DNA of 63,221 bases, the filler included, from Sphacelaria rigidula (Eukaryota): NCBI GenBank assembly GCA_964200075.2. It is 9 parts of 9 records of this genome, joined end to end, with 100 filler letters (N's around TTAATTAATTAA, not from the genome) between each part and the next. Parts side by side here need not be neighbours in the genome. Positions count along the whole stretch, not along the records: positions 49,252 to 56,186 come from CAXNAA020017335.1; positions 56,287 to 63,221 come from CAXNAA020017336.1; 7 more parts are not named here. The stretch is one strand, 5' to 3'. The position numbers were made by a program, and so were the translations under genes. The notes under the pieces are model-generated. The model saw only the letters and a list, made by a program, of their open reading frames with translations. It was not told the DNA's origin and made no database searches. Positions 49,252 through 60,906 of the stretch are shown in pieces; the first letter of the stretch is position 1, and each line of letters opens with the position of its first letter.

Positions 49252-52200
49252 AAAGGGATGCGTGGTCAATGGTCGAACGACTAAGGCAAGCAACAAATGA
49301 GTACGCCCTTCCCTTCCCACACCCCCTGCGGGGCTGTTCAAGACTTCACACTTCCCCAAGAAAGGCAAATACTCAGCAAAGACCAATTACCATCAAAGAA
49401 AACGGGAGCAAAACGAGACGAATACGGCATCGCTTCCCTCGTTCCACCCTTTCTTGCTTCATAGGACGTAGGGCGAGATGACTCTCTCAAGTAAGTTGGA
49501 AGACCACAAACGATGCTACGCACCATGATGAAGGCCTCCCATCGCTGTAGCTGGTGCGTTTTGCTGATGTGCGGGTACTCGCAGTGTTTTGCGGGAGTGG
49601 GTCAGGGAGGCCCCCGTCCGTTCCGCGGATTAGAACCCTCAATATATTCATAATTCGTCATCTGCCACTGAACACTTTAGACTTCTGATGTGTAACATAC
49701 CCGTTGCGGTGCCGTGGTGGCTGTAAAGTATATGTTCAACGAGCTACTTCGAAAGTATAACGGTACTCATGGCCGCGGTCATGAACAATATTACGAGTGA
49801 TTGCAGAGTACGTCCGTTTTTGAATTTTTACGCCATGCCTGATGTTCGTTTTTGGTCCTTGCGGGGTTTATGTTGATGACCGTGAAAAGTACGAGATAAG
49901 CGTCTTCCTCTATTTCGACCAGACTCATTCGCATTTCCACCGGATTATGTCCCAGATACCCACTGGTACTGTAGGATGGCCAAGGTCGCCTCTTCTTTCG
50001 TCATGGCATATTCTTTCCGGTGTAATCCCTGGATGACTGCTTCGATCAAAAGCGAAAAACAAGTTCATTTTGACACATGTACGAAGGAACTGGATATAGA
50101 GTACTGGCGCAGGCTGCCTTGCAATGTCCTTTCTCGCAGTCTCACACGGTAGCTAAACAGAATGGTGCTGCCTCTTTTCCAGTGCGGTTCTCGTGTTCAT
50201 TTTACGGCGTAGAGATGAAATACCAGGCAATCACCCACATGCCCCGCGTACCATTGCGGAATATGAAACATGTTGCATGACGACAGCACCGCGCCTCGCG
50301 GGGAGAATTAGTCGGAATCATTTTTTTCTGAACTACAGGACGGGAGTGAGATATGCCCGCGGTAGTTTGCGTGGTAGACGAACGTCGACTGGAACCCTGG
50401 TGTGCAATCTTGGAAACGATGACACGACCACGACGACAGACGGGCATGATATTCTATGAAAATGATGCAGAAACGTTGTGTCCCTAGCGGAGCTTACCTT
50501 CGTCGTAGCGGTCGAAAATGGGATGTATACGTTGCTTCCTCGAAGGTGCTACTATAGAGCTAGTGCTCCACACGATTTACCGCACGCAGTAGTCAATTTT
50601 GCGAGGTTCCAATCGAAGATGGCTATAGGTGTACTTGTTAAATATTTCTTATACATGAATGATATCCGGTCGCAGACCGTATTTTCACTTCATAACGTAT
50701 ATATTTCTGCACCACTTCCAGTAATGGAACCCGCCTTACTGTTGTACACTCAGCAGTGTCATACATCGAACCGAAATTTGAGATGTAATGCACCGAAATA
50801 TCGAACCGAATGTAGTAGCGAAATGTTTTCGATCTTTCGATAACATGGAGGATGACGATAGTATTATTGTAATTGAGAGTTGAGTGTTGCTGTCAGAGTT
50901 GTGTACAAGTGTTAAGCCTTCGCATTGGCAATGCGTGAAACACCTGTGCTGATGTGTTGGTGTTCACGAGTGCACGATGTGTTTGTCGTTCAAAATATGT
51001 AGACGGCACAGCATGCCAGAATCTCGTGAAGGTTTCCAGTGTTCCGAGGATCGTTTTTGCTTTTTCAAGAGCATTGTGTCATCGTGCATCATAGACATTT
51101 TTCTCGCAAGCACTCGACAAGCATACAATTAGATTCCTAGGATGGTTGACCTGGAGATTCTCAACCACGTGGTTATTTTCTTAGCGCATTAATGTGGACG
51201 ATACCCGAACATGATCAGTCTACTGAGAATATTCTCTGCGAATATGTTGTCGAAACGTAGGCTCAAAACACTACCAGATTTCAGCGGTGCAGTTTGGATC
51301 ACTTTTGAGGACAAGGAAACCACATGATTCCATTTTGTTTTCTTCCGGCAGCGCCTCCAGTTTGACACCTGGTCTGCCGGGCGGGGGCGATCGAGGCTCG
51401 CTGACTAGTTTCAACCATTGATCGATATAGATATCATTTTGAACAGTGGTTGGCTATACAACACGACCAACAGTTACAGTTACTTTCAACCACTCGCAAT
51501 GTTCCGTGGAACGCGATGCTTCTTTTGTCTTGATGCAGGAAAGCACCACGGAATGCCAGGACGCTTATGATTCCAGCCAAATCACGTCCTCCTTCTGCCA
51601 CACATTGGCGACAGCTTTTTGCTGCGGCCTCATATCCCTGGACGAAGATACAGCGGAATCTTGCACTACGGAAGGCGGCCTTGCATCGGTGAGATTCCCT
51701 ACGTGCAGCCATGATGGTAACAGGCGTTGTCTAGGACTCTGCTGGGTAATGAGGCTCTGCGAACACTTGCATTTGCCTACTTCGCGAGCCGCCGCTCCCA
51801 GTGGTCAGACTGGTACATGACAAATAGTAGGGCGGATGCTTTGAGTTCAAATTCCGATAGTAGCAGGGTCTTCGTTTTTGGTTTTCACCATCTTAGCACG
51901 TGAGTACAAGAGTTCGCTAAAGCCTCTCCAATGAAATTCGACATGCTGCGGAAGTGCTGACCCAAGCATTCCTCGATATTAAGGTGCGAGGCGGGTTCCT
52001 TAGGAAGAGCGGACGGATCCTATGAAACCACGGACTCGTCCCGACGAAGTGGGGCCGGGTATTCAAAGCACCACAAAGCACGGGTGCAATGTTCGTGAGA
52101 GATTTTATTGATATCTTGATTCCTTGGCAGCAAGATCGTTCAGGATACTCAACGAGAGAACGTTCGACCCATCGTATAGAAAACTTCGACACTCCTTCGA

Positions 52201-53494
52201 CTTCACCGCAAGTAGTGCAGTCAACTGTCTTCTGCATATTACCAGGAAATGAGAGGCGTCCCGTTCAGTGTACTGCCCTTGAACCTACGGTATAAGAGGC
52301 GAGGAGCGCCAGGCGACCTGAAGGCGTTTTTCTACATCCCGCTTCGTTGTTATTGTTGACGTTGTAGACCACCTGTACGCACGCACTCGGACGCTTTTTG
52401 TTGTCTTTGTTCAAGATCGTTTGTCCAACCCCGCCCCGGCTTTTCTGAGGACAATTTCAAGAGTTTCAGGGCATCCAATTCACCCCTCCTGCGTCAAACG
52501 CATGGAAACGTATCATCGAGTACAATCGCACCGACGCTGCTGCAGCCCGTGGACTTTAATCGAATGTTGAACTTATTTCTCAATTGTCACGTTTCGGAAC
52601 GCGGAAGCCTGATTCCGCTGGTTCAGGGTGAATGGCTAAAATTTATTCTCCGTTCGATACAGAACGCAACCTCTATCCTGTAAAAACATATATGATGCCA
52701 TGGTGACCCCACGAGCAAGCGAACAGTGCGACATAGCCAGGTTTTCTCGCGTCCTTTGCTGGGGCGCTAGTGGTGAAAATGTTTCTTGGCCAATCAGAGG
52801 CGTTCACCTTGTTCTGAAATCTGGATTGCGAATTCTCGACATACATTTTTTACCCAATCTCATCACGAATCAAGCCTTTGTAGTCGCCATCAGCTTAGGT
52901 ATTTAACGCAAAAAATATATATTATATAAAAGAGGTTGTGTGGGATCGAGTTACACCCATGATATTGCGGTGATGTGGGGTTTTGGCGTCTCCGGCTTCC
53001 ACTGCGTATCATCAAAGACCCAAAAAAACCCTCGACGAGTTTCTTCAAACGTGTCGAAAGAAAGCTCTGATCATCCTAAATCTTGGTAGTGTGGTGAATA
53101 CAGGTGCTTCACATTGGAGAAACAAATCACGGAAGACTTCTTCGAAGTTAATTCTCTCTCATGGTTACTTCCGAGGGTCTCGGTGTGAAGACCCTCAGAA
53201 GGTGGTATAGATTGGGTAAAAATCAGACATTCTTTTTTTTTCTCTCTATGAGGTAATCCAAGGAACATTTTGACAATTTTTCGTTGCGAAACTCGAACGG
53301 CTGATACCAAACGGTCGATGCAAGGTCAAGCGCACGAAAAAACGGTTGGTGGCATACTCCAATCAAGCAAATGGGGGGACTCCGCTATTCGAATGATCGT
53401 GTTGATCAGATGAACTTGCAGCAAACACAGCCCCTTGCTGTGTGCTTGAGTAGACTACTGCCCTCTTGCAGTAACTGGGAAGAAGATGACGATG

Positions 53495-55970
53495 TGTTCT
53501 AAGTCTTTATTACTACTATCCACACGTAGGAAACTGGGTGAAGAGAGGTGAGAGAGGCGAGTGAGGGAGTAGGGGGTCGAGCACTACCCTGTCTCGACTG
53601 CCTACGATCCAGAGTCTACTGCGTCGCAACATCCGCGATACAGTTCCGAAAATGTAGGAACTCGGAACAATTTGCCTTTCTCCAATCGCTAGGAGCGTTT
53701 TCAGTAACTTAGCGAGAATAATCGAATGCCCCGCAATTTCCTCACTGATGCTTCTGGCTTCGGTTTGTACATCATCTATATTGAACACCTTCCCTAGCTT
53801 TATCGACTAAGAAGCCCAAGCATGACCTTATTGTCATCGAACAAGCTACCGCAGTTCGAACTCCCTACTACCATCGCTCATCTCATATGATGGGGTCCAC
53901 CTCAACAAAAGAAATGAAAACGGTGAATTCTATACCCTGCCTAACAGAAAATCACTATGACTTTTGAACATCTCTATACCAATGGCTTTGGTTAGAATGC
54001 CCGCATGCTGTCCTCCTGGTTGAAGATACTTCACGGATATGTCACCACTCGCAACCAACTCCCTGAGAAAACGATATCAATGTGTTCGCTGTTGGACGAG
54101 CTCAAGGGTTTTTCAGCTAAGTCTATCGCCCCCTCGTTGTCCTCAAAAACGCCAATGCTTTGCGACCCCAAACTGGGCATTAGGAGCTTCAGAATGCCTC
54201 TCACATACAGGGCCTCCTTGACACCGTCTGCCATTGCTACATACTCTGCCTCAGTAGTTGATAAGGTGACGCACTTCTGCCTCCTGGAGAACCACGACAC
54301 AAGTGTACCCCCATAGCAAATAGCTACACTGGAAACGGAACGTCGGTCCTCTGCCTTATGGGCTTAGTCTGCGTCAACGTACGTATCTAAATCAAACTCC
54401 AACTGAATATATCCCAAGTTGCTACTCCTCTTGAGGAGTAAACCCAAGTCCGACGTAGCATTCTATTACTCGAGAGTCTTCTGTGCCGCCTTGTAGTGAG
54501 TCGGCTTGGATTCATGAGAGAACCGAGCGACTGCCCGAACGGCATTCGCGATATCGGGCCTCGTCTGGTTCGCTATCCACATCAAGCTCCCCACGATCTC
54601 ACGAAAAGGCACATTGACCACGGTCTCCTCCTCGCTTGCATACCTGACGTCTAATGAAGGGGTAGCGATAATGGGGATAGTCTTCGAGACGTCAAAACGA
54701 TTTAGCACACTCCTACTATAGCCCATTGGTTTTGTGAAATAGTATCCTTTTCCCGGTCACTTTTGCACACACTCTCCATGTACCACTCTACCTCCCCGAG
54801 ATGTTTAGTGGGAAGTCCCTGATTGAATGACCTGGCTTTCACCTTAGTCATCTCCTCAGTAGCTGCTATCATGATATCGTCCACATGAAAGGCCATCATC
54901 GCCACAACGTCATCAGCAACCCACAGTCGAAACACAAATGGATCTACTAAGCATTGCCCGAAACCACACTCCACAAGTGTTGACGACAATAGTCGCACAA
55001 CCACTCTGCTTCAAACCGTACACAGCCTTGTTAAGGCGCACTACCTTACCAGATACTGATCAACAACTGGGGGGCAGGCGCAGGTAGATATCGTTGTCCA
55101 ACTCCGACTTGTTCTACATCTAAGTGCCTTCAACCCGAGTCTAGCTTACATGTCATAGCCGCTACTAACCTGTTTCGAGTAGCAGATACCGTAGGGGTAA
55201 ATGTCTCAAACTAGTCTACTCCCTTTATCTGACTGTGCTGTGATGGCCGAGATTCAGAGTGGGCGTACCAAGCTCGTGAGACATAGATTGGGGGTGGTGA
55301 AACACCAGCGGCCAGTACAATCGATACTGCAGGCAAGCAGTTGGGTTGCACCGGAGACTCACCAGGGAGTTCGGTCCAAACAGCACTGCATGCATCATGC
55401 AGAACACAGACTCACTTGAGCGTGCAGAGAAGTGCTCTTGACTTGCTTGCAAGCGAGATGTCTCCAAGTGGTTGGCTGATAACTCTGTTATTAGGCGCTG
55501 CTACTGGGTAGCTAAATGAGAGTGACTGGGCAGCTGGAAGTTGTGAGGGGCCAGGGGCCCGGGGCGGAGCACGCCAAATTGTAACACAACACCAATATGC
55601 GAATGGAATACAACCTATTGCACATGCCACGCGTACTTCGAAACGCCTACTACATGTACAGCCGACATCCGCCGTAACAGTACCCCATGACTACCATGTG
55701 GACTTTCGACCGGTCAATCATATCATGTGAATCACCCGTCCACTCATACCACCACTTAGCGTCCACAATGTTGCACCCCTCTGGAATGCCTGTCACCTCC
55801 AGAAACATTCCGGCAACCATAAGCCCGTCGAAGTCTATCTTCGTGGCGTCCATCCACACATCCGAGTACTGTGATGAACACGCCGCAGAGTACGATGACG
55901 GCTCCGGCCCCGCTTCCTTGGCGAGACATTTCTGGAGCTCGCCCGGCTTGCGGGTAACCTATTGTACCGC
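53495..55970 (-). mobile_element. Decayed Ty1/Copia LTR retrotransposon, 3' half (RT, RNase H, PPT, 3' LTR)
   Basis: RT motifs IVDAKW, GYSQIKGVD.FETFTP, FHVDDIMI and GSLMWIANQTRPDIA; RNase H motifs LSTTEAEYVAM, FEDNEGAI and EHIDI; stops and frameshifts; PPT AGGGAAGG (53795-53788); LTR TGTT..AACA at 53787-53495. Confidence 0.95.
55239..55679. mobile_element. Solo LTR (441 bp) inserted in the Copia RT
   Basis: TGTGATGG...CCGTAACA termini; 4-bp TSD gtgc/gtac; removing it restores GY|SQ. Confidence 0.85.
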
Positions 55971-56077
55971 CAGCAAGCCATGGATTATCCCCCCCCCGTT
56001 CTATATGCTCCGTCTCGAAAGGGATGCGTGGTCAATGGTCAAACGACTAAGGCAAGCAACAAATGAGTACGCCCCCC

Positions 56078-56150
<73 letters not shown>

Positions 56151-56186
56151 ACCCCCCCCCCCCCCCCCCCAAACCCCCCCCCCCCC

Positions 56187-56286
56187 NNNNNNNNNNNNNN
56201 NNNNNNNNNNNNNNNNNNNNNNNNNNNNNNTTAATTAATTAANNNNNNNNNNNNNNNNNNNNNNNNNNNNNNNNNNNNNNNNNNNN
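56187..56286. other. Artificial scaffold linker
   Basis: N44-TTAATTAATTAA-N44. Confidence 0.99.
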
Positions 56287-56800
56287 GCGAATGATCAAAG
56301 CCACTCTCAATCGTATCATCTACTCTCAATCTCACGAAAACACTGTTAATTGCGGTTGACTGCGGAGGAGCACACAACTCTGCTGTGACCTAGCGAACAA
56401 ACGGAAAAAGCACACAATGCTTTGACGCGCTAGCTAGATAAAAAGCAAAGGAAAACCCCGCAAAGGACACAGTGGTAATCTCAAGCAGGAGACAAAACTC
56501 AAGGACCCGAATAGGGTCGAGTGCCAGCCAGACAAAGCGGCGGCAGCTTAGGGGCCAATGGAAGGGGGCGAAGGGGGTCCAGAAGAAGTCGTTGATGAGG
56601 GCAGTGATGAGCCGCGATAGGAGAGCCAGCGTAGGTGAACCAGTGAAGAGTAGAGCGTACCTGAGGGGGGAAAAAGGAAGTACCAGAACCAAACTGGGAG
56701 AGTAGATACAAATTGAGATAAGGGGAGGGCGAAGAGATAAAACTCAAGATGGTGCATTGATGTCGTGTGTGCGATCGATATTGCGCTGAAAACCTCGGCG

Positions 56801-58855
56801 TCAGCCGTGTGACTTGAAGCATTGTAGGCACCAGGAACCGCGGGGTGCGGAAGGGCTGGTTGTGTAAAAATCGGGGCGAAGCGTGAGCTGAACTGGGCCA
56901 GGGTCGTCGAAGAAACGCACGATGTACGTGTCGACCGCGAGGGCATCGACGGAGTGGATCTGATCTAGCCACCAGAGGTAATCGCTACCCTTATACCACA
57001 AGTAGGCACCTTTAGGGAGCAGTTGTTGTTTTGCGCGAATGTTTTCGTCCCATTGTTTGGTGGGTACGAGTTCGTAACCATCGGCTACAAAACGTAGTCC
57101 TTTGTCGCGGTGGACTTCGCGAGCTACGGCGCCGCGTCTCATGTTGCGATATCCCTTGTTATCAGCGAGCTGTTGCCGTGGGGATTGTGTCCAATAGAGA
57201 AGGATGGCACGACGGTGCAGTTGAAGGTCGGACTCGCATTCCCAAGACGCACGCCGAAGACCTTGCCAGTGTGTCTTGTACATGACAGCAATTTTGCCGC
57301 CAGGGCCTCGAGTGATTTGGTGGCCGGAAATGTGGGACACGGCCAAGCGGAGAGGTTGTTCAGTGACGTCATCGGTGGTAACGTGGTACGGTGGAGATTT
57401 TGTTGAGTAGCTGTTGAGCACGTGTTGGGTGAGACCTGCAGGCAGGTATTGAGGCATGTCCGTGGTGTCATGCAGGTTCGTGCAGGGCTTGCAACGATGC
57501 ACAGAGACGCGAGATTTAGCGTCGTGCCCCTGGAGGTCACGAGGTAATTCGAGATAGAGGAGTTTGTCGCCAACGGGCTTGCCGTCAGGAGATGTCGGCG
57601 AGGGTCCGACTACGAGAATCTTGGATGGACCCGTCCAATTGAGGGACAGTTTCGTGTTCAAGACTGTTGCCTGGGCAGTACGGTCAGCGCCTTGACGGAT
57701 GGTGGACAAACTGTTGTAGATCCAGACCCAATCGCCGATCTTCCAAGCAGGGCGCTTGTGCATCAGGTTGTAGAGGGCGGTATTGGATCTTTCAAGGCGT
57801 GAGACGTTGATAGCGTGTTCTTCGTGCACCAAGGTGAAAGCTTTGCGCTGACGAGCCCTGGCGAGGTCGTGGTAGGACATCTGATCCTGGTCCAGACCTT
57901 GGTGACCATCGAAGGTATGTCGTTCGAAAACGGTGATGGGCAGACGAGGGTAGCGTCCAAGATGCAGCTCGTTGGGCGAGAGGCCCGTAGCCGCGTTAAC
58001 TGAATTGTTGTAAGACAACATGACATGCGAGAGATGAAGGTCTCAATCATTTAATCGGTCGTTGACGACCATGGATAGCATTTGAGCCATTGTGTGGTTC
58101 ACACGTTCAGTCCCACCGTTACCGTTAGGGTGGTAAACGCTCGTGGCAATTTTGCGAATGCCGAGGAGCTTGTACAAAGCATCCGAGGTTTCGGAGCAAA
58201 GTTGTTGACCATTATCGGAGAGGAGCCGTTTCGGGCAGCCATAGTGCTTAATGTAGTCATGGACGAGTATGTCCGCCGTGCCGGCAGCAATGAAATCGCT
58301 AGCAGTAACAGCATACATAGCCGCGTGACGGCTGAAGCGGTCGGTGAAGAGTATGATGTAGGTATTACCACGGCCAGTTGGGGGTAAAGGGCCGAAGTAG
58401 TCGAACGATACGAAGTGATCAGGAGCGTTTGGAAGCTCCATGAAAATCACCGGCCATCGCACAGTCTGCCGAGAGGTTTTGCGAGCCTGACATTTGAAAC
58501 ATCAGCGGACCCAAAAACGCGTGGATGCTTCCATGCCAATCCACCAATAAAAATGTTCAAGGAGCGCTAACGTGCGCGTGACGCCTAAGTGGCAGGACAA
58601 ATCAGAGTGACAGCCTTTCATGACCCACGGACGCATCATGATAGGGACGTAGATGCGAATTGGGGCGTCATGACGCATATGTACCGAAGTGGCAGTTGTT
58701 ACTGCGGTAGCCGTGCCCAATTGGGAGCTGGACCGGCGAACAAGCAGATGAACGTCATCGTCAGTCGTGAAGACGGTACCTTTGCGTGCCAGGAGGCAGC
58801 GGGGGCGGGTAGAGTGCCTACGGGAGTCAGGATCTCAGCCGGAAAAGGGGTCAAT
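56801..58855 (-). mobile_element. Decayed Ty3/Gypsy retrotransposon integrase region
   Basis: HHCC finger (CHSDLSCHLG...WVR*CFKCQ); rve core (SFDYFGPLP, FTDRFSR, LSDNG, YHPNGNGGTERVN); WTGP (GPY/F module); chromodomain-like YKTHWQG...SWE. In-frame stops at 58502 and 58043. Confidence 0.95.
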
Positions 58856-58868
58856 TGTCATATGGAAA

Positions 58869-60755
58869 GTAGCTAATGCACTGGCGGGGGTCTCTCAGTA
58901 TGAGTGCCAGGAGATACCATGGTGCCAACCCACCAAGCTCCCACGTGGGCAACCTCACACAGACCAAGCTATCCTTCCTTGACTATCACAAAGTAGGTTC
59001 ATTCATGTTCAAACTCTTGATAAGGAACCCACGTGTTTGCTTAGCATCATGTTTCATCTACAAGCCTCTCTTACTCAGCATAGCCGGGGCGCAGCCATAG
59101 GAGCAGAGCGTAGCGATGGCCCAGGGTAGAGACCAAGGCAAGCCGGTAACTGATTAGATAGGGCGACGCGGCCTACCGCCGCGGCTGAACAACCCTCACT
59201 AATGACAGTAGCAGACGCGATAACAACGCGTCACGGAATCCAGGGTCTACGAGCAGACCCGCACAGTGTATATCTTGCAACGCCTCTGAGCTTCATCACA
59301 CTAGCCCATCCTAGACGAGTCCTTATGCAATTGAATTACATCACCTCGGCACAATATAATTGCGCCGAGCACTTTCATAATTCAACGAGAAAGGGCTCTT
59401 CTACACTACACTCGTACAAAAGCATGAAGCGAAGAAAAACTATTCTTTCTCCCACACCTCTAAGAGGCGAGCATCGCTGCGATCCGACACAGCATCAAAC
59501 GTTCAATCCACGAAAAGGAAAACGTTGTATCTACGTGACACTCACGCACCTATGTTGAACAAGACAACACACACGGAAGTCCATCTACAAAGTAGAGCAC
59601 TAAATGGTACGCACGCGTAGACTTCATTCACCAACGGAACAAGGACGGAATGCCAGACAATCCGGGAAAAGGGGAGGGAAAACGCAGTTGCGGCATAGCA
59701 TCGCGGCAACTGCTCTGGTTGAACGTAGATCCAAGTGAGCTCCACATCTTTGTTCGACTCCGTCCCGACACATCCGTCGCGTATAGCGAGAGTGGCATCC
59801 CGCCCATTTCCTTGGCAGCGCGTTTGAAGTGGCAAACCTGCCTTGAAAAAGGCGTGCAGCGTGGAGTACAATGCGATGGGGGGGACTACGCAGCAATAGG
59901 GAGATAAAAGTCGGGATGTAGCCGATGTTCAGGTTTGGTGTGCCCGAAGTGCAAATTCAAAACCTCTGCGGGGGTGGGTACTAGCCCATCCAAGACGACA
60001 CTCAGGGTTCGGAGCTAAAGGTCGTTGGGGAGAACTTGTCGTTCAGCGCGGCGGATCAACTATCACGTGATATGAGCGAAAACGTAGTACCAAGTAAAAA
60101 AAAGAACAATTCGTCAGAGCGCAATACCCAACTCAAAGTAATCGTCCGGCGAAAATACAGTCTACAACTAGGGTGGTATAAGTGGTCATTCCCGGTGGAA
60201 CACTGGACCACGCGCAACGGAACGACACAAGAGAACACAGTCGTGTCGCTAGCTGACCAGGCTGCGCTACGGGATAGGGGGAGAACAAATAACGAACACA
60301 TCCAGATGAGTTGTCGAAATGCAGTTATTCACCTCGACCTAAAACAGTCGTCGGGCATGAACACGGCCTACAACAAGGGCGGTATAATAAGCAGTACACG
60401 GTGTAACCAAGGACCCGTGCAACAAGACGATGTAAGGGAGACCGGTGCGGCGAGCGTTCTTGGCTGGCGGCAGGGGGTTGAGCAGTGACAACAACAAACA
60501 CATCCAGAAAACGAGTCATCAAAATTCCAAACATGCGGGAGGCTGGACTAAATCTACAGTCCTCGCGTCGCCTAAAGAAATCTCGAAGACAAGAAGAAAA
60601 AGAACACTAGATGCTCAGGGGACACGGACAGAGATGCGACAGCGACAAGAAATGTGACTACGGTTACTGGAAACGGAATAACCAAGAAGGTGAACTCAGC
60701 ACAAAGAAACACGGTACCAACACCTGTGGGGGGCTACAATGCAGCGAAAGGGGGG
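58869..60755. mobile_element. Second copy of the unclassified ~1.9-kb repeat, abutting and truncating the Gypsy pol
   Basis: Colinear with 25939-27847. Confidence 0.85.
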
Positions 60756-60781
60756 GGGTACGATCTGATATCTGATCAGAT

Positions 60782-60906
60782 CGGATTAGGGTTCTGAAAT
60801 CCTCCAAGGTGAGCTCGGCGCTCGCCGCACTACCGAGGGATGCGGATTAGGGTTCTGAAATCTTCTAAGGTAAGCTCGGCGCTCGCCGCATTACCGAGGG
60901 ATGCGG
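60782..60906. repeat. 61-bp tandem duplication
   Basis: cggattagggttctgaaatc.tc.aaggt.agctcggcgctcgccgca.taccgagggatg occurs twice. Confidence 0.9.

Noticed and set aside
49088-49310. Inverted repeat spanning the linker
   Set aside because: These are two copies of a common repeat at the ends of unrelated scaffolds.
6937-56286. Periodic TTAATTAATTAA motif every ~7036 bp, and ORFs ending in XXXLIN
   Set aside because: Artificial linkers.
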